Source of the DNA: Fibrobacteria bacterium
GTDB taxonomy: Bacteria; Fibrobacterota; Fibrobacteria; UBA11236
DNA length: 24,345 nt
Direction: 5' to 3'
Assembly: GCA_050486505.1 (NCBI GenBank)
Contig: JBJHDK010000037.1
Location: 1-24,345 of the forward strand
Shown piece by piece: positions 8,515 through 16,279 of the stretch. The notes under the pieces are model-generated. The model did no database searches and had not been told where the DNA came from. It saw only the letters and a list, made by a program, of their open reading frames with translations. Every line of letters begins with the position of its first letter. The stretch's first letter is position 1. A program made the position numbers and the translations under genes.

Positions 8515-8973
8515 ATGGACGCACTGGATCACATCAACACCCTGGCGCGCGGCGTCGCGGAAACCAACGGGCTCGAGCTCGTCGACACGGAAATGTTCCG
8601 CGCCGGGCGCCGCCGTGTACTGCGCGTCTACATCGGCAAGGCCGGCGGCGTCAGCGTCGAAGACTGCGCGCGCGTGAGCCGAGGCATGTCTGCCGTGCTC
8701 GATGCCGAAAACTGGCTGGGCGACGAGCGGTACGTGCTCGAGGTTTCTTCGCCCGGGCTCGACCGCCCCTTCAAGACACTGGCCGACTGGAAGCGAAACA
8801 TCGGGCACGACGTTCGGCTGACCTGCCGCGAGAAACACGCCGGAAAGGTGCAGCACCAAGGGACCTTGGTCGCGGCCGACGAAAACATCGTGACGCTCGA
8901 ACGCGACGGCGAACGCACCGAAATTCCCATGGCCCTGGTGGCCTTGGCAAAAGTGGACATCAAACTCTCCTGA
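8515..8973 (+). CDS. rimP: Ribosome maturation factor RimP
   Basis: GLELVD, LRVYI, GVSVEDCARVSR, YVLEVSSPGLDRP; first gene of the nusA-infB cluster. Confidence 0.96.
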   Translation: MDALDHINTLARGVAETNGLELVDTEMFRAGRRRVLRVYIGKAGGVSVEDCARVSRGMSAVLDAENWLGDERYVLEVSSPGLDRPFKTLADWKRNIGHDVRLTCREKHAGKVQHQGTLVAADENIVTLERDGERTEIPMALVALAKVDIKLS

Positions 8974-8987
8974 CGAAGGATCCTCGT

Positions 8988-10256
8988 ATGGAAAACAACA
9001 TCCTCGAAAATCTGAACCTGATCGCCAAGACGAAGAATCTCGACGAGTCGACCGTGCTCGAGACCTTGCGGGAGGCGCTCGTCAACGCGGCGCGCAAGTA
9101 TCTCAACGTGCAGAAGAACATCGAAGCCGACATCGATCCCGAGAGCGGTGAAATCGGCGTGTACCTGCGCGTGACGGTGGTGGACGACTATCCCGACGTC
9201 GATCCCGAAATGACGGCCGAGGAGGTCGCGGAGGTGGACGAGAAATTCATGCTGCTCGACGAGGCGCACGAGTACAACGAGGACGCCTCGCCCGGCGACT
9301 ACCTCGAGATGGAAATCCCCATCGAGAACTTCGGCCGCGCCGCCATCCAGGCCGCGAAGCAGATGTTGCTGCAGAAGGTTCGCGATGCCGAGCGCGAGAA
9401 GATTTTCCAGGAGTACGAAAGCAAGGTCGGAAGCCTCGTCACCGGACAAGTGCAACAGGTCGATCGCGGCAACATCCTCATCAGCCTGGGCAAGACCGAG
9501 GCGATCCTGCCCTTGCGCGAGCAGATCCGCAAGGAACGCTACCGCCAGGGCGACTCGGTGCGCGCCTACATCTCCAACGTGGGCGTGAACGTGAAGGGCC
9601 CCCAGGTGACGCTGTCGCGCACGCATCCCGAACTCCTCGCGCGGCTCTTCGAGCTCGAAGTCCCGGAGATCGGCGACGGCGTGGTCACCATCAAGGGCGT
9701 CGCGCGCGACCCCGGCTTCCGCGCCAAGATCGCCGTGGCCACCAAAGACGACCGCATCGACCCCGTCGGCGCCTGCGTGGGCATGAAGGGCAATCGCGTG
9801 CAGGCCATCGTGCGCGAGCTCAGCAACGAGCGGATCGACATCATCCACTGGAGCGATGACTTGAACGTTTACATCCGCCGCTCGCTTTCTCCCGCGAACA
9901 TCCGCCAAATCACCGACATCGGCGACGGGCGCGTGGTGGTGATCGTGGAGGACGAGGATCTTTCCCAGGCCATCGGACGCGGGGGACAGAACGTCCGCCT
10001 CGCCAGCAAGATGGTGGGACGCGAGCTCGACATCTACGGGCAGACCGAATTCGACAACCTTCCCGAAGAAACGCGCGAGGCGCTCTTCAAGCCGCGCGAA
10101 GGCGTCACGGTCGAAGGCGAATTGCCGGCCGCGAGCAAGTTCTCGGAGCTGGAGTCCCTCTTCGCCCGGAAGGAAGATGCGGCCGGAACAGCCCCCGAGC
10201 AGGCGGAACCGCCCGCGGAAAGCGCCCCCGAAACGCCCTCCGAAAAGCAGGATTGA
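8988..10256 (+). CDS. nusA: Transcription termination/antitermination factor NusA
   Basis: FGRAAIQAAKQ, S1 domain, ARDPGFRAKIAV, DPVGACVGMKGNRV, AIGRGGQNVRLA. SD-like GAAGGA before ATG 8988. Confidence 0.98.
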   Translation: MENNILENLNLIAKTKNLDESTVLETLREALVNAARKYLNVQKNIEADIDPESGEIGVYLRVTVVDDYPDVDPEMTAEEVAEVDEKFMLLDEAHEYNEDASPGDYLEMEIPIENFGRAAIQAAKQMLLQKVRDAEREKIFQEYESKVGSLVTGQVQQVDRGNILISLGKTEAILPLREQIRKERYRQGDSVRAYISNVGVNVKGPQVTLSRTHPELLARLFELEVPEIGDGVVTIKGVARDPGFRAKIAVATKDDRIDPVGACVGMKGNRVQAIVRELSNERIDIIHWSDDLNVYIRRSLSPANIRQITDIGDGRVVVIVEDEDLSQAIGRGGQNVRLASKMVGRELDIYGQTEFDNLPEETREALFKPREGVTVEGELPAASKFSELESLFARKEDAAGTAPEQAEPPAESAPETPSEKQD

Positions 10257-10263
10257 ACCGACG

Positions 10264-10295
10264 CCCCGAACCGGGAGTGACATCCCGGTTCGGGG
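10264..10295. other. Perfect 13-bp hairpin between nusA and infB
   Basis: ccccgaaccggga-gtgaca-tcccggttcgggg; no U-tract on either side. Confidence 0.8.
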
Positions 10296-10363
10296 GAGCC
10301 CGTAACATGCGATTGTGGCGGGATTTTTGAAGTTCCGTCCAAGAAACTACATTGGACGAGAAT

Positions 10364-13198
10364 ATGACGGATACCCCGAAAAAACGCGTTTCCACGCTGG
10401 CCAAGGAGTACGAGGTCGGCAGCGATGTCCTCCTGCGCCTCCTCCAGGATGCCGGCATTCCCGCAAAGACTTCCTCCAGCACGATCGATCAGGCGGCTTT
10501 CAAGAAGGTGAAGCCCGCACTGGTTGCCGAAAAGGAAAAGATGGAGCGCGAGGCGCTCGTCAAGGCCGGAAAGAAAATCCCCATGAAGGCGGTGCTCAAG
10601 AAGGCGCCCCCTCCTCCGGCCGTGATCACCGCGGCGAAGAAGGCCGCTCCGGCGAAGGTCGAAGCACCTGAGCCGAAGGAAGCTCCCGTCAAACCGGCCC
10701 CCGCGAAAGCCCCTGCCCCGGCGGCACCGGCTTCGGCCGCGCCGGCCAAGCCCGCTGCGGAAAAAGCCGAGGCGCCCGTGAAGGCCGAGGCCAAAGCCGC
10801 CGCACCTGCCGCGGAGACGCAAGCACCCGAGGCGAAGGAACCCCCTGCAGCGGCACCCGCCCAGGCTGCAAAAAAACCAACCCCTCCCGCCCCCGCCGAC
10901 GACAACGGGTCAAACCTGAAAGTCTCCGTCGAGAAACCCGATGCCGCCTTGCTCGCGCGCATCGCAAAGGCCCGCGCCGAGAGCGCTGCCCGCATGCGCG
11001 GCCGTGGCCAGGGATACTCCGGGAACCTCCACCGCGGCGCTCCCGGACCCGGGCGCGAAGGCGGACTCGGACGCACGGGCGGCCATCTCGCCCCGGGCAC
11101 GCGGCCTCCCGCGCGCGGGGGAGCCTTCGAGCCTCCGAAGGATATTTACGCCTTGCGCGCCCAAGCTGCGGGCGTCACGGGCACGCCCCCCCGCGATGGC
11201 GCCAAGGACAAGCGCGGTCCCGGCGCTCCGGGCGCTCCCGGACGCGGTGGCCCCGCTTCCCGTGGACGCGGCGGCAGCCGCCGCAAGAGCCGCGAGCAGA
11301 TCGAGCAGGAATTGCTCGCAGCGCGCAACAACGTCACCAAGGTGATGGCAAGCCTCTCACGGACTCCCGCGAAGGCGCGCATCAAGGACCGCAAGGATGA
11401 AACGGATTCCGGAGTCGAAGGCGAAAAGCGCGTCCTGAACGTCTCCGAGTTCGTCACGATCGGCGAAATCGCGGGCCTGATGAACGTGCTGCCCGCACAG
11501 GTCATCGCGAAGTGCATGGAGCTGGGAATGATGGTGACCATCAACCAGCGCCTCGACCATGAAATCATCGCCCTCGTCGCCGACGAGTTCGGATATACGG
11601 CCAAACTCATGGACGAGTACGCGCAGGAAGCCGAAGCCGTCGCCGAGGACGAGGACGAAGCCGGCGACCTGGTTCCGCGCGCGCCCATCATCACCGTCAT
11701 GGGCCACGTCGACCACGGCAAGACGTCCATCCTCGACCATATCCGCAAGACGAACGTCATCGCGGGCGAGAGCGGCGGCATCACGCAGCACATCGGTGCC
11801 TATCTGGTCGACACCGAGCATGGGCCGATCTGCTTCCTCGACACTCCGGGTCACGAGGCATTCTCGGCCATGCGCGCGCGCGGCGCGAACGTCACCGACG
11901 TGGTGTTGCTCGTGGTCGCAGCCGACAGCATGGTCATGCCCCAGACCAAGGAGGCGATCCAGCTGGCGAAAAACGCCAACGTGCAAATCGTCGTCGCCAT
12001 CAACAAAATCGATCTTCCCACGGCCAATCCCGACAAGATCCGCACCCAGCTCGCCGAGAACGGGATCGAGGTGGAGCAGTGGGGCGGCAAGATCCCTTGC
12101 ATCGAGGTCTCCGCGAAGTCCGGCCTCAACATGGACAAGCTGCTTGAGACACTGGCCCTCGAGACCGAGATCCTTGAATTACGCGCCAATCCGGAGCGTA
12201 ACGCGACCGGCGCGGTGATCGAATCGCGCCTCGACAAGGGCAAAGGCGCCGTGGCCACCATGCTGGTCCAGAACGGCACCTTGCGCGTCGGCGACGCCAT
12301 CGTCACTGGTGTGTTCTCGGGCCGCGTCCGTTCGTTGCTCGACGAACGCGGCAATGCGCGCAAGGAAGCAGGCCCATCGACCCCCGTACAGGTGCTCGGC
12401 CTCGAGGGCACCCCCCAGGCGGGCGACTCCTTCATGGTAGTTTCCGACGAGCGCGAGGCGCGCGAGATCGCGAACCGCCGCCGCATCGCCGCGAAGGATC
12501 GCGAGCTGCGCCAGAAGCGCCACATCACGCTCGACCAGCTCTCCGACCGCATCAAGTCGGGCGAGTTCCACGAGCTCAAGGTGCTCATCAAGGCCGACAC
12601 GGACGGATCGGTCGAAGCCATCGCGGCCTCGCTCGAGAAACTCTCGACCAAGGAGGTTCGGGTCAAGGTCATCAGCAAGGGTGTCGGCGCCGTGCGCGAG
12701 GCCGACATCCAGATGGCCGCGGCATCCGATGCCCTCATCATCGCCTTCCACGTATTGCCTTCGGAAGCCGTACGCGACCTCGCCGAGCAGGAAGGCGTGA
12801 CCATCAACAGCTACCGCATCATCTACGAGATCGTGGACGAGGTGAAGTCGGCCATGGAAGGCCTGCTCAAACCCGAGTACCGCGAGGAAGTCGCCGGCGA
12901 GGCGGAAATCCTCAAGGTGTTCCGCATTCCCAAGGTCGGCATCATTGCCGGTTGCAAGGTCCAGAGCGGCAGCGTGGAGCGCGAGCTCAAGGCGCGCCTC
13001 TACCGAGGCGGCATCGAGGTCGCCGAGGCCAAGGTCGTGTCCCTCAAGCGCGAGAAGGACGATGTGAAGACCGTAAAGGCGGGCTTCGAGTGCGGCATCG
13101 GGCTCGAGGGGGTCAAAAACATCCAGGAGGGCGACGTCCTCGCCTTCTTCCGCAAAATCGAGGTCGCCCGCAAGTTGACCGAGGCGATCGGAGCGTAG
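10364..13198 (+). CDS. infB: Translation initiation factor IF-2
   Basis: G-domain GHVDHGKTS, GGITQHIGA, DTPGHEAF, NKID; C-terminal GFECGI; long Ala/Pro/Lys-rich linker. Start ATG 10364 (alternative TTG 10352). Confidence 0.98.
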   Translation: MTDTPKKRVSTLAKEYEVGSDVLLRLLQDAGIPAKTSSSTIDQAAFKKVKPALVAEKEKMEREALVKAGKKIPMKAVLKKAPPPPAVITAAKKAAPAKVEAPEPKEAPVKPAPAKAPAPAAPASAAPAKPAAEKAEAPVKAEAKAAAPAAETQAPEAKEPPAAAPAQAAKKPTPPAPADDNGSNLKVSVEKPDAALLARIAKARAESAARMRGRGQGYSGNLHRGAPGPGREGGLGRTGGHLAPGTRPPARGGAFEPPKDIYALRAQAAGVTGTPPRDGAKDKRGPGAPGAPGRGGPASRGRGGSRRKSREQIEQELLAARNNVTKVMASLSRTPAKARIKDRKDETDSGVEGEKRVLNVSEFVTIGEIAGLMNVLPAQVIAKCMELGMMVTINQRLDHEIIALVADEFGYTAKLMDEYAQEAEAVAEDEDEAGDLVPRAPIITVMGHVDHGKTSILDHIRKTNVIAGESGGITQHIGAYLVDTEHGPICFLDTPGHEAFSAMRARGANVTDVVLLVVAADSMVMPQTKEAIQLAKNANVQIVVAINKIDLPTANPDKIRTQLAENGIEVEQWGGKIPCIEVSAKSGLNMDKLLETLALETEILELRANPERNATGAVIESRLDKGKGAVATMLVQNGTLRVGDAIVTGVFSGRVRSLLDERGNARKEAGPSTPVQVLGLEGTPQAGDSFMVVSDEREAREIANRRRIAAKDRELRQKRHITLDQLSDRIKSGEFHELKVLIKADTDGSVEAIAASLEKLSTKEVRVKVISKGVGAVREADIQMAAASDALIIAFHVLPSEAVRDLAEQEGVTINSYRIIYEIVDEVKSAMEGLLKPEYREEVAGEAEILKVFRIPKVGIIAGCKVQSGSVERELKARLYRGGIEVAEAKVVSLKREKDDVKTVKAGFECGIGLEGVKNIQEGDVLAFFRKIEVARKLTEAIGA

Positions 13199-13359
13199 CA
13201 GGAACAGCACGGTTCGGGATTCTTCGCAGGCCCCTCTTCGGAGCGTTCGGGTTCGGGAAAACAGAGGCGGTCGAGCGTCGCGTTTCCCGAACCAACCAGA
13301 ATCTCGGCGTTGCAGAATCCCAGACCATTCAAAGAGCAGATTCCGGAAAGTCCCGTCCC

Positions 13360-13728
13360 ATGACCCGCAGAACCGAACGCGTCGGCAACGTCATCCAGCG
13401 CGAACTCAGCCAGTTCATCCTGCGCGAACTGAACGATCCGCGCCTGGGATTCCTGACGCTGTCGCGCGTCGAAGTCACTACCGACCTGGGCCAGGCAACG
13501 GTGAGTGTTTCCGTGATGGGCGAAGAGGACACCAAGGCCTCCACCCTTGAGGCGCTCAACGAATTCGCGCCGCGGATGCGTTCACATCTTGCCAAACGGC
13601 TTCACACCCGAACAGTGCCCCGTCTTGTCTTCGAACTCGACCGCAACCTCGATCACGGATTCCGGATCGACAGCCTGTTGCGCGACATCGAGCGGGGGGA
13701 GAACCCGGCGGAAAGAGACGAAGAGTGA
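13360..13728 (+). CDS. rbfA: Ribosome-binding factor A
   Basis: RTERVG..IQRELS, DPRL, VEVTTDL, RTVPRLVFELD; expected position after infB. Confidence 0.95.
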   Translation: MTRRTERVGNVIQRELSQFILRELNDPRLGFLTLSRVEVTTDLGQATVSVSVMGEEDTKASTLEALNEFAPRMRSHLAKRLHTRTVPRLVFELDRNLDHGFRIDSLLRDIERGENPAERDEE

Positions 13729-13732
13729 AGGA

Positions 13733-13922
13733 AGAATTACGAATTAAGAATTACGAATTACGCTCCATGAGGTCGCGTAGCGAACGAATCATTACGGATG
13801 GAATGATGTTTTGGAAGCGGTGTGGACGGCGATGACGATACCTGAGCACGAAAAATGAAGCGGTCCAGAGCGGCTTGCCTCCGCGTTCAATTCTTAATTC
13901 GTAATTCTTAATTCGTAATTCT
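13733..13922. repeat. Inverted heptamer-array cassette B: (AATTAMG)4 ... (CKTAATT)4
   Basis: agaattacgaattaagaattacgaatta (13733-13760) is the exact reverse complement of taattcgtaattcttaattcgtaattct (13895-13922), 28 bp. Confidence 0.95.
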
Positions 13923-13946
13923 CACACCAGCTTCCCCCTCCCCCTC

Positions 13947-14888
13947 ATGTCGACCGCATCAACCTTCGCAAGTGCGCACGGAATCCTCCTTCTCGACAAG
14001 CCCGTCGGCGTTTCGTCGTTCCAGGCGCTGTACCCCGTGAAACGTCTGTTCCGCGGGTCGAAGATCGGGCACGCCGGCACACTGGATCCCGCGGCATCGG
14101 GACTGCTGGTCGTCGGGGTCGGAGCGGGCACGCGTTTGCTCGAGTTTCTGGAGGGACTCCCCAAGCGCTACCGCTTCAAGCTTCGCCTGGGCATCGTCAC
14201 CGACACCTACGACATGGAAGGCGAGATTCTTGAGCGTCACAAGGCCGACGGCATCACCCGTGAGGCCATCGGGAAGCTGCTCGACCGGTTCCGGGGAAGC
14301 ATCTCGCAGCTTCCCCCCGCCTACTCCGCGGTCAAGATCGCGGGCAGGCGCGCCTGCGACCGCGTTCGCGCGGGAGAGGCCGTCACCCTGAAACCGCGCA
14401 CGGTGCGCGTCGACCGCCTCGAGATCACCGGCTTCGAACCCGGCGTCGCAACGCTGGAACTCGACTGCTCGAAGGGCACCTACGTCCGCAGCATCGCGCA
14501 CGATCTGGGACAGTTGCTCGGCTGCGGCGCGGCCGCGGACGAAATCAGGCGGCTGGAAGTCGGGCCCTTCAAGGTGGAAGACGCTGTCCCCCCACCCGCG
14601 CGGGAACACGACGAAGCTGGAGAACAGGCGCTGCTCGCCGCCCTGCTTCCGATGTCCCGTGCGGTGGCGCACCTGCCCGCCGTCAGGGTCAAGGATTCCT
14701 GGATCGTTCCCCTGAGGAACGGCAACACCGTGCCCGCGGGAGGATACGCCCCCGTAGCGGAGCGCCCCCCCCATTCCGGCGGGACATCCACGTATGCGGT
14801 GCTCGCCGGCAACGATGCGCTGCTGGCAGTCGCGGAAATCAACCCATTGGGGCAGCTCCTTCCCCGCAAGATTCTCGCTGGCACATGA
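13947..14888 (+). CDS. truB: tRNA pseudouridine(55) synthase
   Basis: GILLLDKPVG, KIGHAGTLDPAASG (catalytic Asp), TDTYDMEG, QLPPAYSAVK, CSKGTYVRS. Confidence 0.97.
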   Translation: MSTASTFASAHGILLLDKPVGVSSFQALYPVKRLFRGSKIGHAGTLDPAASGLLVVGVGAGTRLLEFLEGLPKRYRFKLRLGIVTDTYDMEGEILERHKADGITREAIGKLLDRFRGSISQLPPAYSAVKIAGRRACDRVRAGEAVTLKPRTVRVDRLEITGFEPGVATLELDCSKGTYVRSIAHDLGQLLGCGAAADEIRRLEVGPFKVEDAVPPPAREHDEAGEQALLAALLPMSRAVAHLPAVRVKDSWIVPLRNGNTVPAGGYAPVAERPPHSGGTSTYAVLAGNDALLAVAEINPLGQLLPRKILAGT

Positions 14889-15850
14889 TGAGCGCGCCCC
14901 TGCAATGGAATGCCCTGTCACACCCCCGTGACACCGCCGTGGCGCTAGGGAACTTCGACGGCGTGCACCTCGGACATCGTCGCGCCCTCGCAGCCCTGCG
15001 GTCGCACGCGGAATCCCGCGATCTCGAGCCGGTTGCCCTCACCTTCGATCCCCATCCCAGACACTACTTCGCCGTGCCCGAACAGTGCGCGCTCCTGACG
15101 CTTCCCGGGGAGAAGGATGCCCTGATTGCAAGTCTCGGCGTCACCCCTGTGACTCTCTGCTTCGATGCCGGTCTGGCCGCGATGACCGCGGAGCGTTTCA
15201 TCGCGGAGGTGCTTCTCGACCGCCTGCGCGGCCGCGCGTTCTTCCTCGGCCCAAACCACCGTTTCGGCAAGAACGCGCTCGGCGATGCCGACTTGCTGCG
15301 GCGGACAACGGAGATCGCGCCCGGAAAGTCGCCTGCGGGAGTTCACGAAGTCGACCCCGTGATCCAGGACGGGGACGTCGTGAGCTCTTCCGCGATCCGG
15401 AAATTGCTCGGGGAGGGCAACGTGGAGGGTGCTGCACGCTTGCTCGGACGCCCATACAGCCTTGCCGGGACGGTTGCCGGGGGCAGCGGCCGCGGCCGCC
15501 TGCTGGGGTTCCCCACGGCGAACCTGGACCTCGATCCCCGCAAGATTCTCCCCGCCTTCGGCGTCTATGGCGGAATCGCCACACTTGAAGGAGCACCGCA
15601 CCCCGCCGTCGCGAACCTCGGGATGCGCCCGACTTTTGGCGGAACGGCCCCGTCCGTGGAAGTTCATGTTCTGGATTGGGAGGGGGATCTCTACGGAAAA
15701 CCCTTCGAATTCGGGATTCTGCGCCGCCTTCGCCCCGAAAGGCGGTTCCCTTCGCCGGAAGCCCTTCGGGAACAAATCCGCGCGGATGTCGAAGAGTGGC
15801 GGAATTTCGCGAAAAGCGGTACCCCCCTTTTCGGCCGGCCCATCTCCTGA
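14885..15850 (+). CDS. ribF: Bifunctional FAD synthetase/riboflavin kinase
   Basis: GNFDGVHLGH, TFDPHP, VSSSAIR, GRGRLLGFPTAN, EVHVLD, LRPERRF; ATGA overlap with truB. Confidence 0.97.
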   Translation: MMSAPLQWNALSHPRDTAVALGNFDGVHLGHRRALAALRSHAESRDLEPVALTFDPHPRHYFAVPEQCALLTLPGEKDALIASLGVTPVTLCFDAGLAAMTAERFIAEVLLDRLRGRAFFLGPNHRFGKNALGDADLLRRTTEIAPGKSPAGVHEVDPVIQDGDVVSSSAIRKLLGEGNVEGAARLLGRPYSLAGTVAGGSGRGRLLGFPTANLDLDPRKILPAFGVYGGIATLEGAPHPAVANLGMRPTFGGTAPSVEVHVLDWEGDLYGKPFEFGILRRLRPERRFPSPEALREQIRADVEEWRNFAKSGTPLFGRPIS

Positions 15851-15879
15851 TTGCCTTTTAAGGCGATTGATACTAAGTT
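15851..15879 (+). promoter_or_regulatory. Candidate sigma70-type promoter for rpsO
   Basis: TTGCCT (15851-15856), 17-nt spacer, TAAGTT (15874-15879) in an AT-rich intergenic stretch. Confidence 0.6.
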
Positions 15880-15923
15880 TTTGCCCCTCATTGAGATAGA
15901 GAAGTAACAGGACGGAAGATTTT

Positions 15924-16196
15924 ATGCCGACAATGACTCAAGAGAAAGCCGCCGAGATCATCAAGACCTACGGGGCCAACGAGAAGGATTCCGGGAACCC
16001 GCGCGTGCAGGTTGCGTTGTTGACGCACCGCATTGCGGAAATCACGGAGCATCTCAAGGTGCACAAGATGGACAAGCACTCGCGCCGCGGATTGACCACG
16101 ATGGTCGCCCAGCGCCGTCGTTTGCTCAACTATCTGACGCGCGTCGACATCGAGGGCTATCGCGCCCTCATCAAGCAGCTGGATCTGCGGCGCTGA
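15924..16196 (+). CDS. rpsO: 30S ribosomal protein S15
   Basis: [48 protein letters not shown]. Confidence 0.98.
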   Translation: MPTMTQEKAAEIIKTYGANEKDSGNPRVQVALLTHRIAEITEHLKVHKMDKHSRRGLTTMVAQRRRLLNYLTRVDIEGYRALIKQLDLRR

Positions 16197-16279
16197 GCCT
16201 CTTCGGCCGCCGCATTCCGTCCTCCCCCCGCATTCCCGCCGCCTGTCCCTAGCGGGAGCGGCGGCATGGAGATTTTCAC

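Noticed and set aside
8628..10283. 551-aa antisense ORF over nusA (and similar ones over infB, truB, pnp and ctaA)
   Set aside because: Expected shadow ORFs in GC-rich coding DNA; no recognisable motifs.
10600..10910. Ala/Pro/Lys low-complexity repeats in infB
   Set aside because: Ordinary variable linker of the IF-2 N-terminal region.
13767..13835. 22-codon ORF in cassette B as the start of a GxxExxY-family gene (ERII...G spacing)
   Set aside because: Only a few residues match and the GxxExxY motif is absent; not supportable without a search.
15880..15923. S15 autoregulatory leader
   Set aside because: Plausible by position, but I cannot see a convincing stem or pseudoknot.
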